64,000 bases of DNA from an uncultured Chloroflexia bacterium (GTDB lineage: Bacteria; Chloroflexota; Limnocylindria; QHBO01): contig CAWFCQ010000004.1 of assembly GCA_963814375.1 (NCBI GenBank), forward strand, positions 352,001 to 416,000, in the 5' to 3' direction. The stretch's first letter is position 1, and every line of letters begins with the position of its first letter. The notes below the pieces were generated by a model, which was given only the letters and a program-made list of their open reading frames with translations, searched no databases and was not told where the DNA came from. A program made the position numbers and the translations under genes. Shown here in pieces: positions 49,704 through 59,143 of the stretch.

Positions 49704-50255
49704 CTATGACCCCTCGTCGCCGTCGCCGTTGCGGAGCAGCGCCGCCAGCCCGGCGAGGCGAGGGTCGATCTCGTCGACCTCGTGACCGTGGTCTCCCTCG
49801 CCCAGCTTCTCGCCGCACACCGAGCAGAGGCCGGGGCAGTCCGGACGGCAGAGCGGGTGCATCGGCTCGGTCAGCGCGAGCTCGTCGTGGAAGACCTGGT
49901 CGAGCTCGATCTCGTGGTGCTCGTCGATGCGCGGCGACTCGACCGCCTCGTCATCCCCGACCGGGACGGGTGCACCCGAGACCGGGTCGAGGCTGGGCAG
50001 GAACTCCTCGGATACCGCCACATCGACCTCCTCGACGTAGGAGTCGGTGCAACGGGCGCAGGTGCGCCGAAGCGGAGCTCGGAGGCTGCCGCGCACGATG
50101 ATCCCGCGGTTGGTGCGCTGGAAGCGGAGGTCGGCATCGAGCGGGCCGGCCAGTTCGACGTCCGGTCCGAGGGTGACGTAGTGATCGCGGAGGCGGGTGC
50201 TCCGCGTCGCCCCGGGCGGCTCGTGCAGCAGCCCGGCGACGTTGAAGGAGGTCAT
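49704..50255 (-). CDS. yceD: YceD/DUF177 family protein
   Basis: CARC, PM.PLCRPDCPGLCSVCG, DPRLA.L; upstream of rpmF. Confidence 0.92.
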   Translation of the reverse strand: MTSFNVAGLLHEPPGATRSTRLRDHYVTLGPDVELAGPLDADLRFQRTNRGIIVRGSLRAPLRRTCARCTDSYVEEVDVAVSEEFLPSLDPVSGAPVPVGDDEAVESPRIDEHHEIELDQVFHDELALTEPMHPLCRPDCPGLCSVCGEKLGEGDHGHEVDEIDPRLAGLAALLRNGDGDEGS

Positions 50256-50791
50256 GGCCGCTGGGCGGCCGGGGCCTGTTCCTCCGGATCGACGACGATC
50301 GGCTCGGTTCCCGTCACGGCGGTCGCTCCGTCGCCATCGGGTCCGCGGTGGCGCTCGTCGAGCATGTCGATGCCACGCTTGATGCTGGTCAGCGCCTTGA
50401 TGCATTCACCCTCGAGCCTGATGAGAACCCCGGCGGCGTACTCGTCGGCGCCGCGACGCACCTCACGCGCCTCGTCCTGGGCGGTATCGAGGATCTCGGC
50501 GGCGCGCACCTGGGCGGCGCGAACGAGCTCGCGCTCCTCGAGCATCTGCGCGGCCTGCTCCTGGGCCCGCGCCACGATCGCGTCCCCCTCCTCACGGGCT
50601 CGCTCCGTGATGCGCCCCGACTCCTCGGTGATCCGGCGCGCCTGGCGCACCTCGTCGGGGACGGAGACGCGGAGCTGGTCGACCAGCTCCAGCACGGTTG
50701 CCTGGTCGAGAACCACGTTGTTGGTGAGCGGGAGCTTCTTGCCCGTCGCGACCAGCGACTCGAGCCGTTCAACGAGGAAGATGATGTCCGT
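50252..50791 (-). CDS. Coiled-coil SepIVA/DivIVA-like protein; apparent ACG start
   Basis: (M)DIIFLVERLESLV..GKKLPLT..V.LD, ELVDQLR..VP.EVRQA, GADEYA; conserved slot between coaD and yceD; AAGGAGG 8 nt before the ACG. Confidence 0.75.
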   Translation of the reverse strand, partial: TDIIFLVERLESLVATGKKLPLTNNVVLDQATVLELVDQLRVSVPDEVRQARRITEESGRITERAREEGDAIVARAQEQAAQMLEERELVRAAQVRAAEILDTAQDEAREVRRGADEYAAGVLIRLEGECIKALTSIKRGIDMLDERHRGPDGDGATAVTGTEPIVVDPEEQAPAAQRP

Positions 50792-50815
50792 GGCCGCGCC
50801 CTCCTTGGCTCGGGA

Positions 50816-51313
50816 TTATACGCGTGGGTCGGACCGCATTCGCTCGCCTAGGGCGCGTGCCACGGGCGCCGGCACCATGGGGCCGACGTCTCCCCCGAAC
50901 TGGGCGACCTCCTTGGCCAGCGACGAGCTGACGTAGCCGAACTCGAGCGCCGTCATGAGAAACGTCGTGTCTACCTCGGGCGCGAGCTTCCGGTTGGTGA
51001 GCGCCATCTGGAGCTCGGCCTCGAAGTCGCTGACCGCGCGCAGGCCGCGGACGATGAATCCGGCGTCGTGCTGGCGTGCGAACTCGACGGTCAGGCCGTC
51101 GAAGGCGGCGACGCTGACGTGCTCACCCAGGCCGGCGACACACTCGCGGATGAGGTCCACGCGCTCGTCGATGTCGAACATCGGGCGCTTCTTCGGGTTG
51201 TTGAGAACGCCGATCACGAGCCGATCGAAGAGCTCGGAGGCGCGCTCGGCAACGTCGAGATGCGCGTTCGTCATCGGGTCGAACGAGCCGGGGAAGACCG
51301 CCACGCGCGTCAT
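50816..51313 (-). CDS. coaD: Phosphopantetheine adenylyltransferase
   Basis: PGSFDPMTNAH, VRGLRAVSDFE, SSSLAKEVA. Confidence 0.96.
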   Translation of the reverse strand: MTRVAVFPGSFDPMTNAHLDVAERASELFDRLVIGVLNNPKKRPMFDIDERVDLIRECVAGLGEHVSVAAFDGLTVEFARQHDAGFIVRGLRAVSDFEAELQMALTNRKLAPEVDTTFLMTALEFGYVSSSLAKEVAQFGGDVGPMVPAPVARALGERMRSDPRV

Positions 51314-51852
51314 GCTGCCTCCAGCTCCCAGAACGAGAGCATCGTCTCACCGAATCGCCGCTCGCGCGCCGGCTCGAGGCCCTCGACCGTCGGGAGCTCG
51401 GAGCGCCAGAAGTGCTTGATCACGACCGATGCGCCGGGGGCCAGATGCGGCACCAGGGCGCGAAGCGGCGCCACGATAGCACGCGTCTCGTACGGCGGAT
51501 CGAGCACGACGATGTCCCACGGGCCATCCGTGGCCGATGCCAGATAGCGCTCGACCTCGCGGCCGTGGACCCGGGCGGCGGCCGCCAGCCCGGTGCGCTC
51601 GAGGTTCGCGTTGATGACGGTGAGCGCGCCGCGGTCGCGCTCGACGAAGTCGGCGGTCGTCGCCCCGCGCGAGAGCGCCTCGATCCCGATCGCTCCGCTC
51701 CCCGCGTACAGGTCGAGCATCCGGGAATCCGGAACCCTTGCCCCCAGGATCGCGAAGAGGGTCTCCTTGACGCGATCCGTGATCGGTCGGGTCCGCCGGT
51801 CGCGCGGAGCCGTCAGCGGGATGCCACGGGCCGTCCCGGCGATGACGCGCAT
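51310..51852 (-). CDS. rsmD: 16S rRNA m2G966 methyltransferase
   Basis: MRVIAG, TRP.TDRVKETLF, LDLYAGSG, EALSRG, DPPY. Confidence 0.95.
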   Translation of the reverse strand: MRVIAGTARGIPLTAPRDRRTRPITDRVKETLFAILGARVPDSRMLDLYAGSGAIGIEALSRGATTADFVERDRGALTVINANLERTGLAAAARVHGREVERYLASATDGPWDIVVLDPPYETRAIVAPLRALVPHLAPGASVVIKHFWRSELPTVEGLEPARERRFGETMLSFWELEAA

Positions 51853-53933
51853 CAGGCGGCGTCACCCTCTTCCTCGACCGCGGTGAACTCCGCCTGGAGT
51901 CGCGCGAGCCCCTGCCGTTCGGCGAGGCTCGGGTCCGCCTCGACGATACGGTCGGCCAGGTCGCGCGCCCGCTCGGCCAGGCGCAGGTGGCGCGGCTCGA
52001 ACAGCGAGGCCACCTTGAGAGGAGGCAGGCCGGACTGGCGCGTGCCGAGCAGGTTCCCGGCGCCCCGCAGCCGGAGGTCCGCCTCGGCGATCTCGAAGCC
52101 GTCCTGCGACCCGCGCACGACCTCGAGCCGCTCGAGCGCCAGAGGGTCGGTGCTGTCGGTGAGCAGGATGCAGAAGGACCGATGCACGCCGCGACCGACC
52201 CGGCCGCGGAGCTGGTGGAGCTGCGCCAGGCCGAAGCGCTCGGCGTCCTCGATGACCATCACGCTTGCATTCGGGACGTCGATCCCGACCTCGATCACGG
52301 TGGTCGCGACGAGCACGTCCATCTCACCGGCCGCGAAGGCGGTCATCGTGGCGTCGCGGGCATCCGCCCGCTGCTGACCGTGGACGAGCCCCACGCGAAG
52401 CTCCGGCAGCCGCTCTCGCAGGCGGTCGGCCTCCGCCTCGGCGCTCGCGACCTGGAGCGCGTCCGACTCCATCACGAGCGGGACGACCACGAATGACTGG
52501 CGCCCCTCGCCGGCCTCCGCCGCGAGGAACTGCTCGATCTTGGGCAGCGCCCGTCGGTCCCGGATCTCGGTGCGGATCGGCTGCCGGCCCGGCGGCAGCT
52601 CGCGGATCGTCGAGATCGTGGTGTCGCCGTACACGGTCAGCGCCAGCGTGCGGGGAATCGGCGTGGCGGTGAGGGCCAGCGTGTGCGGCTCGTCCCCGGC
52701 GCCCTTGGCCTGGAGCGCGGCGCGCTGGCCGACGCCGAAGCGATGCTGCTCGTCGACGATAGCAAGGCCGAGCCTCGGGAATTCCACCGCCTCGCTGATC
52801 ACGGCGTGCGTCCCGATCACGACCTCGGCGAGCCCCCCACCGATGGCGTCGTGGATCTGGCGCTTCCGCGCCGGCGTCAACGATCCTGAGAGGAACTCGG
52901 CGCGCACACCGAGACCGTCGAGAAGCGGGGCCAGCCCTGCGTGATGCTGCCGGGCCAGGATCTCGGTCGGGGCCATCAGCGCGCCCTGCCAGCCGGCCCG
53001 CACCGCGCAAGCCAGCGCCACGGCCGCCACCGCCGTCTTGCCGCTCCCGACGTCACCCTGGAGCAGTCGGCGCATCGGCCGCTCCGAGGCGAGGTCCGCG
53101 ACGATCGACTCCACCGCCGACGCCTGGTCCCCCGTCAGCGTGAAGGGCAGCGCCTCGATGATGGTCCCAAGCTCCGCGTCGCTGACGGCGATAGCCGGCG
53201 CCTGCAGCTGGTGCCGTGCGCGGCGGGCCTGCGCGAGCGTCAGCTGGAGGGCGAGCAGCTCGTCGAATGCGAGCCGATCGAGCGCTTCCGGGACGTCTGC
53301 GGCCTCCTCGGGGAAATGCGCCGTGCGCAGAGCATCCGCGAGCTCCGGCATCTCGCCGCGCTCCGCATCGGTCAGGGGATCGTCGAGCACCTCCAGCGAG
53401 GCGTCGAGGATGCGGGCGAGGAGCTCACGCAGCCGTTTCTGGGTCACGCCGGCAGCGAGGTGGTAGACGGGCACGACGCGCGCCGTGTGGACCGAGTCGC
53501 GACCGATCGGGCTGAACTCCGGAGACGTGAACTGGGGTCGCCAGCCCTTCACCACCACCTTGCCCGATACGATGAGCTCGTCGCCCTGTGCCAGCCGCCG
53601 CTCGACGAACTGCCGGCCGAACCAGATGGCCTCGGCCGTGCCGGACTGGTCGCTCAGCTGGGCGATCACCCGCTGCGGACGCTTGCCGAAGCCCGGCTCG
53701 ACCCGGACGGCCTCGACACGCACGCGGGCCGATTGCTTTTCGTCGGGGACGAGCTCGCCGAGCGGGCGAAGCTCGCTGAAGTCGTCATACCGGAAGGGCA
53801 GGTGCCACAGGGCCTGGCGCGGGGTGCCGATTCCCAGCTTTCCGAGCGCGGCTGCGCCTCTTGCCAGGTTGGGGAGGGCGCTGCGGATCGGCCGGTCGAG
53901 GTCCTCGGGTGCGAGGACCCGGCTCGATTGCAT
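51852..53933 (-). CDS. recG: ATP-dependent DNA helicase RecG
   Basis: QGDVGSGKT, DEQHRFG, TATPIPRT, QLHQLRGRVGRG, DLRLRG.G..LGTRQSG. Confidence 0.96.
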   Translation of the reverse strand: MQSSRVLAPEDLDRPIRSALPNLARGAAALGKLGIGTPRQALWHLPFRYDDFSELRPLGELVPDEKQSARVRVEAVRVEPGFGKRPQRVIAQLSDQSGTAEAIWFGRQFVERRLAQGDELIVSGKVVVKGWRPQFTSPEFSPIGRDSVHTARVVPVYHLAAGVTQKRLRELLARILDASLEVLDDPLTDAERGEMPELADALRTAHFPEEAADVPEALDRLAFDELLALQLTLAQARRARHQLQAPAIAVSDAELGTIIEALPFTLTGDQASAVESIVADLASERPMRRLLQGDVGSGKTAVAAVALACAVRAGWQGALMAPTEILARQHHAGLAPLLDGLGVRAEFLSGSLTPARKRQIHDAIGGGLAEVVIGTHAVISEAVEFPRLGLAIVDEQHRFGVGQRAALQAKGAGDEPHTLALTATPIPRTLALTVYGDTTISTIRELPPGRQPIRTEIRDRRALPKIEQFLAAEAGEGRQSFVVVPLVMESDALQVASAEAEADRLRERLPELRVGLVHGQQRADARDATMTAFAAGEMDVLVATTVIEVGIDVPNASVMVIEDAERFGLAQLHQLRGRVGRGVHRSFCILLTDSTDPLALERLEVVRGSQDGFEIAEADLRLRGAGNLLGTRQSGLPPLKVASLFEPRHLRLAERARDLADRIVEADPSLAERQGLARLQAEFTAVEEEGDAA

Positions 53934-54014
53934 GGCCCGATCGTAGCGTGCTACCATCGCCGACGCCCCGGCGCCCTCGCGCCGGCGTTGTTCTGAGTGG
54001 AGACCGATCCGACC

Positions 54015-54206
54015 ATGGCTCGCGCCTGCGACATCTGCGGAAAGCGCCCGATCACCGGCTGGAACCCCCAATCGGTCGGGATGAACCGTAAGCGCGCCCT
54101 GCGCCGGTGGCTGCCCAACCTTCAGTCGATGACCCTCGTCCGCGATGGTCGGACCACGAAGGTGAATGCCTGCAGCCGCTGCCGCCGCACCGCCCAGAAG
54201 GTCTAG
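54015..54206 (+). CDS. rpmB: 50S ribosomal protein L28
   Basis: MARACDICGK...RRWLPNLQ...CSRC; divergent from recG. Confidence 0.9.
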   Translation: MARACDICGKRPITGWNPQSVGMNRKRALRRWLPNLQSMTLVRDGRTTKVNACSRCRRTAQKV

Positions 54207-54239
54207 GCCTCCTCCCGCGCTCGTTCCCGAGGCCGATCC

Positions 54240-54272
54240 GCCCGCGTCGACCGACGCGGGCGTTGCTATTTC
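54240..54272 (+). terminator. Probable rpmB terminator hairpin
   Basis: GCCCGCGTC-gacc-GACGCGGGC followed by a T-rich tail (gttgctattt). Confidence 0.5.
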
Positions 54273-54381
54273 CATCAGGCATCGATCCGAGCGCACACTG
54301 CACGTGTGCACGACTGCACGAGTCTCGATCAGAGCGCTGACAGCGCGGGGCGGTCGGACAGCCGCCACCCGCACCCCCTGC

Positions 54382-54831
54382 TCAGAGATCCCGGTCGGAG
54401 TCGATCACCAGCGTGAACGGGCCGTCGTTCACGAGCTCGACGTCCATCTGCGCTCCGAAGCGACCAGTCTCGACCGCGACGCCCGCGTCATGCAGCCGCT
54501 CGACGAAGCGGTCCACCAACGGCACTGCGATCTCGGGCGGGGCCGCATCGGTGAAGCCCGGGCGACGGCCGCGTCGAGTATCGGCATACAGCGTGAACTG
54601 GCTGACGACGAGCAGCGAACCGCCGGCGTCGCCGATGTCGAGGTTGGTGCGGCCAGCCGAGTCCTCGAAGTAGCGCAGGCCGATGAGCTTGTCGGCCATC
54701 CGGTCGACGATCTCCGGCGTGTCCGACTTCCCGATAGCGACCAGGGCCACCGCGCCGGCGCCGATCTGACCAAGGAGCTCATCGCCGGCGTGGACCGACG
54801 CGCGCGTCACACGCTGCACGACGAGCCGCAT
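54382..54831 (-). CDS. dtd: D-aminoacyl-tRNA deacylase
   Basis: MRLVVQRV, VSQFTL, G.RPGF, NDGPFT. Confidence 0.96.
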   Translation of the reverse strand: MRLVVQRVTRASVHAGDELLGQIGAGAVALVAIGKSDTPEIVDRMADKLIGLRYFEDSAGRTNLDIGDAGGSLLVVSQFTLYADTRRGRRPGFTDAAPPEIAVPLVDRFVERLHDAGVAVETGRFGAQMDVELVNDGPFTLVIDSDRDL

Positions 54832-54834
54832 CGG

Positions 54835-56457
54835 CTACGGGGAGGCTGACGGGCTGGGCGGCGCCGAAGCTGCCGCCGGAGGCGGCGCGTCGGAGGTCGT
54901 TGGGCTTGGGTCCTCGTCCTCGCGCGGCGGGCCGAGGGCGGCCTCGGTAAAGGTGGCCCGGGCATTCCAGATCATCCACCCCGCGGCGGCGTTGTCGACC
55001 AGGGCCTGCATCTCGGCCGCGATGTCATCGGCGGTGTAGGCCCGGAAGGACCCGTAGCCGAAGTCCTGGATCCACGGACGGATGGCGACCGGCAGCCCGG
55101 CCCGCTGCTCGTTCATGATCTCGAGCGTCTTGTCGATGACGTCGTACGGCGCCTCGTTCGGGACCGGATGTCCGAAGACGCCGGGACCGTAGTGCGACGG
55201 GTAGACCATCGGGTTGAAGTAGTCGACGTACGGCATGATCACCTCCGGCCGCTGCCCGATGCCCTGGTCGTCGGGAACGATGAAGCTGATCGGGAAGACG
55301 TCGGCGCCGAGGAAGGTCCGCGTCGCGTCCAGCTCGGTGCTCACGACGCGCAGGACTCGCTGGATGGCCGGCAGCCGGAACGACTGGGTGTTCGGCAGGT
55401 TCGTCTCGGCCACGTCGTAAGGCCCGTCGCTGAAGAAGCGGATGTAGTCGAGCTGCACCTCGTCGAAGCCCTTCGCGGCCAGGTCCCCCGCGATCGAGGC
55501 GACGTACTCGGCCACACCCGGCGCCGAAGGATCGAGCCATGCCCCGCCGATGTTGTCGCGCCACGGCTCCCCCGTCGCGCTGTTGCGCACGGCAAGCTCG
55601 GGGCGCGCCGCCGCCGAGGTGTTGTCCTTCATGACGACCATCCGCGCGATGGTGTAGATGCCGCGCTCCTTCAGCATCGGCAGGATCTCTTCGAGATCGA
55701 AGACCGGCGTCTCGCGGATGGCGCCGACCGCGGCCGCCGTCCGCAGGTCGGTGGCGTAGTACAGCCGGCCGTCGGTCTCCTTGACGTCGATGACCATGGC
55801 GTTGACTTCGGTCCGATCGATGAGGGCCAGCATCTCCTCCAACCGGCCGGGCGCCTCGAAGATTGCCGCGGGCGCGTACAGCGCGCGCGCCTCGAATGGC
55901 TGGAGCGCGACGTCGATCGTCAGGTTGGCGGCCGTCGCGGCCTCGTGCAGGCGGAACCCCGGCATCTTGAACACGAGCGTCCCTTCTGGCGGCACGCCCG
56001 GCAGCCGATAGGTGCCGGTGGCGTCGGTCTCGGCCAGCGTGCCGTCGCCACCGTCCACGAAGACGCGCACTCCGGCCAGCGGCTCCCCCGCCGCATCCGT
56101 GACCACCCCGTGGGCGACGTTGTCGCGCAGCTCGAGGCGGAGCGAGCCCTCGTCGGGGACGGTGCCCTCGGCCGGATCGTGTCCCTCCAGCTCGGCATCG
56201 ACCGGTGCGCCGGTGAGCAGCAGGAGGGTGGCGCGGCCTTCTGCGTCGGTCACGGCACTCGCTCCATCGGCGGAGACGGTCACGCCCGGGAGCGGCTCGT
56301 CAGTCTGGGAGAGCACAGTCTCGACCACGACCTCGCGCGGCTGCTCGGGCGTCGGCTCAGGTGTGGGAACGAAGGGGAGCTGCGGCCCCCCGCCGCAGGC
56401 GGCCAGTACGACGATGAGGGCCAGCAGGACCGGCGGAAGGCGTAGACGCGAGGGCAG
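54835..56457 (-). CDS. Lipoprotein with carboxypeptidase-regulatory-like domains and a DUF4015 putative glycoside hydrolase; apparent CTG start
   Basis: LAAC lipobox upstream of the called ORF start; NAMVIDVK, GFDEVQLDYIRF, PMVYPSHY, RPWIQDF, WMIWNA. Confidence 0.8.
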   Translation of the reverse strand: MPSRLRLPPVLLALIVVLAACGGGPQLPFVPTPEPTPEQPREVVVETVLSQTDEPLPGVTVSADGASAVTDAEGRATLLLLTGAPVDAELEGHDPAEGTVPDEGSLRLELRDNVAHGVVTDAAGEPLAGVRVFVDGGDGTLAETDATGTYRLPGVPPEGTLVFKMPGFRLHEAATAANLTIDVALQPFEARALYAPAAIFEAPGRLEEMLALIDRTEVNAMVIDVKETDGRLYYATDLRTAAAVGAIRETPVFDLEEILPMLKERGIYTIARMVVMKDNTSAAARPELAVRNSATGEPWRDNIGGAWLDPSAPGVAEYVASIAGDLAAKGFDEVQLDYIRFFSDGPYDVAETNLPNTQSFRLPAIQRVLRVVSTELDATRTFLGADVFPISFIVPDDQGIGQRPEVIMPYVDYFNPMVYPSHYGPGVFGHPVPNEAPYDVIDKTLEIMNEQRAGLPVAIRPWIQDFGYGSFRAYTADDIAAEMQALVDNAAAGWMIWNARATFTEAALGPPREDEDPSPTTSDAPPPAAASAPPSPSASP

Positions 56458-56460
56458 TGC

Positions 56461-57159
56461 TCAGGTCCTTTCGGCGGCGCGCGCGGGATCGGCGGCGGTG
56501 ACTGCGGCGGCGCGCAGGGCGACGACCGTGGGTCCCAGATCGCCGTCGGTACTGTACAGGGCGCTGCCGACCACGAGCACCTCTCCGCCCGCGTCATGCG
56601 CCTGGCCGATCGACTCGAGGTTCAACCCACCGTCGACGCCGATCGGGAGGTCGAGCCCACGCCGATCGATCTCGGCGCGGAGGGCCCGGAGCTTGGGAAG
56701 AATGTCGGCGATGAACGCCTGGCCGCCCCAGCCGGGGTGGACCGTCATGACCAGCAGCAGGTCGACGCGCTCGAGCCAGGGAAGGGCCGCATCCGCCGGT
56801 GTCTCGGGGTTGATCGCGATGCCGGGCCGCTTCCCGGCACGCTCGATCGCCTCGATCACCGCGGCCGGGTCGTCATCGGCCTCGAGATGGAACGCGATGA
56901 GGTCGCTGCCGGCCTCCGCGAAGCGCTCGGCGAAGGCCAGCGGGTTGCTGATCATGAGGTGGCTGTGGAAGGGAAGGTCAGTGGCTGGCCGCGCCGCTTC
57001 GACCACCACCGGTCCCATCGTCAGGTTGTCGACGAAGTGCCCGTCCATGACGTCGAGGTGAATGGAGTCGACGCCGGCCGCCGCCGCCCGTTCGACCTCC
57101 GCGCCCAGGCGCGAGAAGTCGGCGTTGAGGATGCTGGCGCTGATGTGCGGCTCGGTCAT
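56461..57159 (-). CDS. rpe: Ribulose-phosphate 3-epimerase
   Basis: SILNADF, HLDVMDGHFV.N, MTVHPGWGGQ, VDGG, GSAL. Confidence 0.95.
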   Translation of the reverse strand: MTEPHISASILNADFSRLGAEVERAAAAGVDSIHLDVMDGHFVDNLTMGPVVVEAARPATDLPFHSHLMISNPLAFAERFAEAGSDLIAFHLEADDDPAAVIEAIERAGKRPGIAINPETPADAALPWLERVDLLLVMTVHPGWGGQAFIADILPKLRALRAEIDRRGLDLPIGVDGGLNLESIGQAHDAGGEVLVVGSALYSTDGDLGPTVVALRAAAVTAADPARAAERT

Positions 57160-58289
57160 GCGCCTGCGACCGTCACCCGGCGCGCCTCACGCAGCGACCG
57201 ACCCGAGAGCTGGGCGTGAAGCTGCCCGCAGGCCGCTTCGATCTCGCGCCCTCGCGTGTCGCGCACGGTCACGCCGATGCCTCCGTCGCGCAGGATCCGG
57301 GCGAAGCGGTCGATTCCCTCACGCGGCGTGCCCGACCAACGCGACCCGGGCGTCGGGTTGAGCGGGATGAGGTTGACATGCGACCGCCAGCCGGCGGCAA
57401 GCTCGGCCAGGCCGGTGGCCTGCTCATCGGTGTCGTTCAGGCCGTCGATCATGACGTACTCGAGGCTGACCCGGCGCCGTGTGCGCGCTGCGAAGCGCCG
57501 TCCCGCGGCGATGACCTCGGCGACGGGCCACTTGCGGTTGATCGGCACGAGCTCGTCGCGAAGCGGGTCGGTTGCGGCATGCAGGCTGATGGCGAGATTG
57601 ACCTGGGGCAGCTCCTCGATCATGCGATCGATCCCCGGCACGACTCCCGACGTGCTGACCGTTATGTGACGGGCGCCGATGCCGAGCCGCGCCGGATCAT
57701 TGAGCAGGCGCACCGCGTCGAAGACCCGGTCGGCGTTGTTGAGCGGCTCCCCCATCCCCATGAAGACGATGTTGTAGTGGCCGCTCGCCGCGTCGCCGAG
57801 CGCGCGCCAGGGTGGCCGATGCCAGTGCAGCACCTGGTCGACGATCTCGCCCGGCGTCAGCTGCCGCCCGAACCCGGCCTGTCCCGTGGCGCAGAACGGG
57901 CACGCCACGGCGCACCCGGCCTGCGAGCTGATGCAGATCGTCGTGCGTTCGCGAGAGGCGCCACGGGATGGATAGCGCATGAGGACCGATTCGATCCGCT
58001 GGCCGTCCTCCAGCTCGTGCACCGCCTTGGCGGTGAGGCCCCCATCGGCGCCGATCACGTGGCTGTCGACGATCGTGCTGAAGCGGAACCCGCTTGCTAC
58101 CTCCTGGCGCAGCTCGAGCGGGAGGTCGGTCAGGTCCGCGAAGGCGTCGACGTCGGGCCGATGCGCGCCGGCCATGACCTGGCCCGCCCGATACGCGGGC
58201 TCGCCGCGGGCTTCGAGCCACGCGGCGAGCGTCGGAAGGTCGATCTCACTGATCGCCGGACGAGGTCCGGCGGCCACGGCGTCAGTCAC
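57156..58289 (-). CDS. rlmN: Radical SAM 23S rRNA m2A2503 methyltransferase
   Basis: CISSQAGCAVACPFCATG, FMGMGEP, LAISLHA, NLIPLN, IEAACGQL. Confidence 0.95.
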   Translation of the reverse strand: MTDAVAAGPRPAISEIDLPTLAAWLEARGEPAYRAGQVMAGAHRPDVDAFADLTDLPLELRQEVASGFRFSTIVDSHVIGADGGLTAKAVHELEDGQRIESVLMRYPSRGASRERTTICISSQAGCAVACPFCATGQAGFGRQLTPGEIVDQVLHWHRPPWRALGDAASGHYNIVFMGMGEPLNNADRVFDAVRLLNDPARLGIGARHITVSTSGVVPGIDRMIEELPQVNLAISLHAATDPLRDELVPINRKWPVAEVIAAGRRFAARTRRRVSLEYVMIDGLNDTDEQATGLAELAAGWRSHVNLIPLNPTPGSRWSGTPREGIDRFARILRDGGIGVTVRDTRGREIEAACGQLHAQLSGRSLREARRVTVAGA

Positions 58290-59010
58290 GCCGCCCGAAG
58301 ATCAGGAAGACGTAGTACAGGAACGTCAGGAGCGCGGTCAGCGCGCCGGCGACGTAGGTCCAGGCGGCGGCCTTGAGAACCTGGCGCGCACCGTCCTGGC
58401 GCTCGCCGACCATGCCCGAGCTGTTGACGAAGGCCAGCGCCTTGCCCGACGCGCCGATCTCGACCGGCAGTGTCGCAAACGTGAAGAGCACCGCCAGGCC
58501 GAACCCGACGAGGCCGACGATGGCAAGGCCCGTGATGTTGAGGATCAGCCCGCCGATGACGAGCCACGGCGCGATGCTCGAGCCGAACTGCGCGGCCGGC
58601 ACGATCGCCTGCCGCAGCTTCATGGCCCCATCGCCCGAGGCGTCCTGCACGGCGTGGCCAACCTCGTGGGCGATCACCGCGGCCGCCGCCACGGACAGGC
58701 GCGGGGCGCTGGTTCGCACTCCGGACGTCGCAAGCGCCGAGGCGTCCGCGACCTGGGTGCTGACGCGCAGCACCTTGCCGCGCGGGTCGTAGTGGTCGGT
58801 CAGCTGGCCCGGGGTGGGCTCGATGCGGACCGCCTGAAGGCCCTGCCGATCGAGCAGCTGGCGCGCGAAGTCGAACGCGTCCACGCTGATGCCAGAGTCG
58901 ACCTTGGACCACTTTCCGTAGGTTGACTTGACGCGCCACATCGCCCAGCCGGTGATGGCAATGGTCGGCAGCAGCACGACGAAGATGTAGATGGGATCGA
59001 AGATGAACAT
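58282..59010 (-). CDS. YugP-like membrane zinc metallopeptidase
   Basis: LTDHYDP, AHEVGHAVQ, TLPVE..AS, AAAWTYVA. Confidence 0.9.
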   Translation of the reverse strand: MFIFDPIYIFVVLLPTIAITGWAMWRVKSTYGKWSKVDSGISVDAFDFARQLLDRQGLQAVRIEPTPGQLTDHYDPRGKVLRVSTQVADASALATSGVRTSAPRLSVAAAAVIAHEVGHAVQDASGDGAMKLRQAIVPAAQFGSSIAPWLVIGGLILNITGLAIVGLVGFGLAVLFTFATLPVEIGASGKALAFVNSSGMVGERQDGARQVLKAAAWTYVAGALTALLTFLYYVFLIFGRRD

Positions 59011-59143
59011 GGGGTTCGTTACCTCACCTCCGCGAGGGTGGCCGGAGTATATCCGAATCGGCCTGTCGCCTCTTCAGCAGGACCTGGGCCGGGCCGCGGC
59101 ACGGCTCGTGCGTATACCGCTGAGGTACACGCTGGAGAAGACG

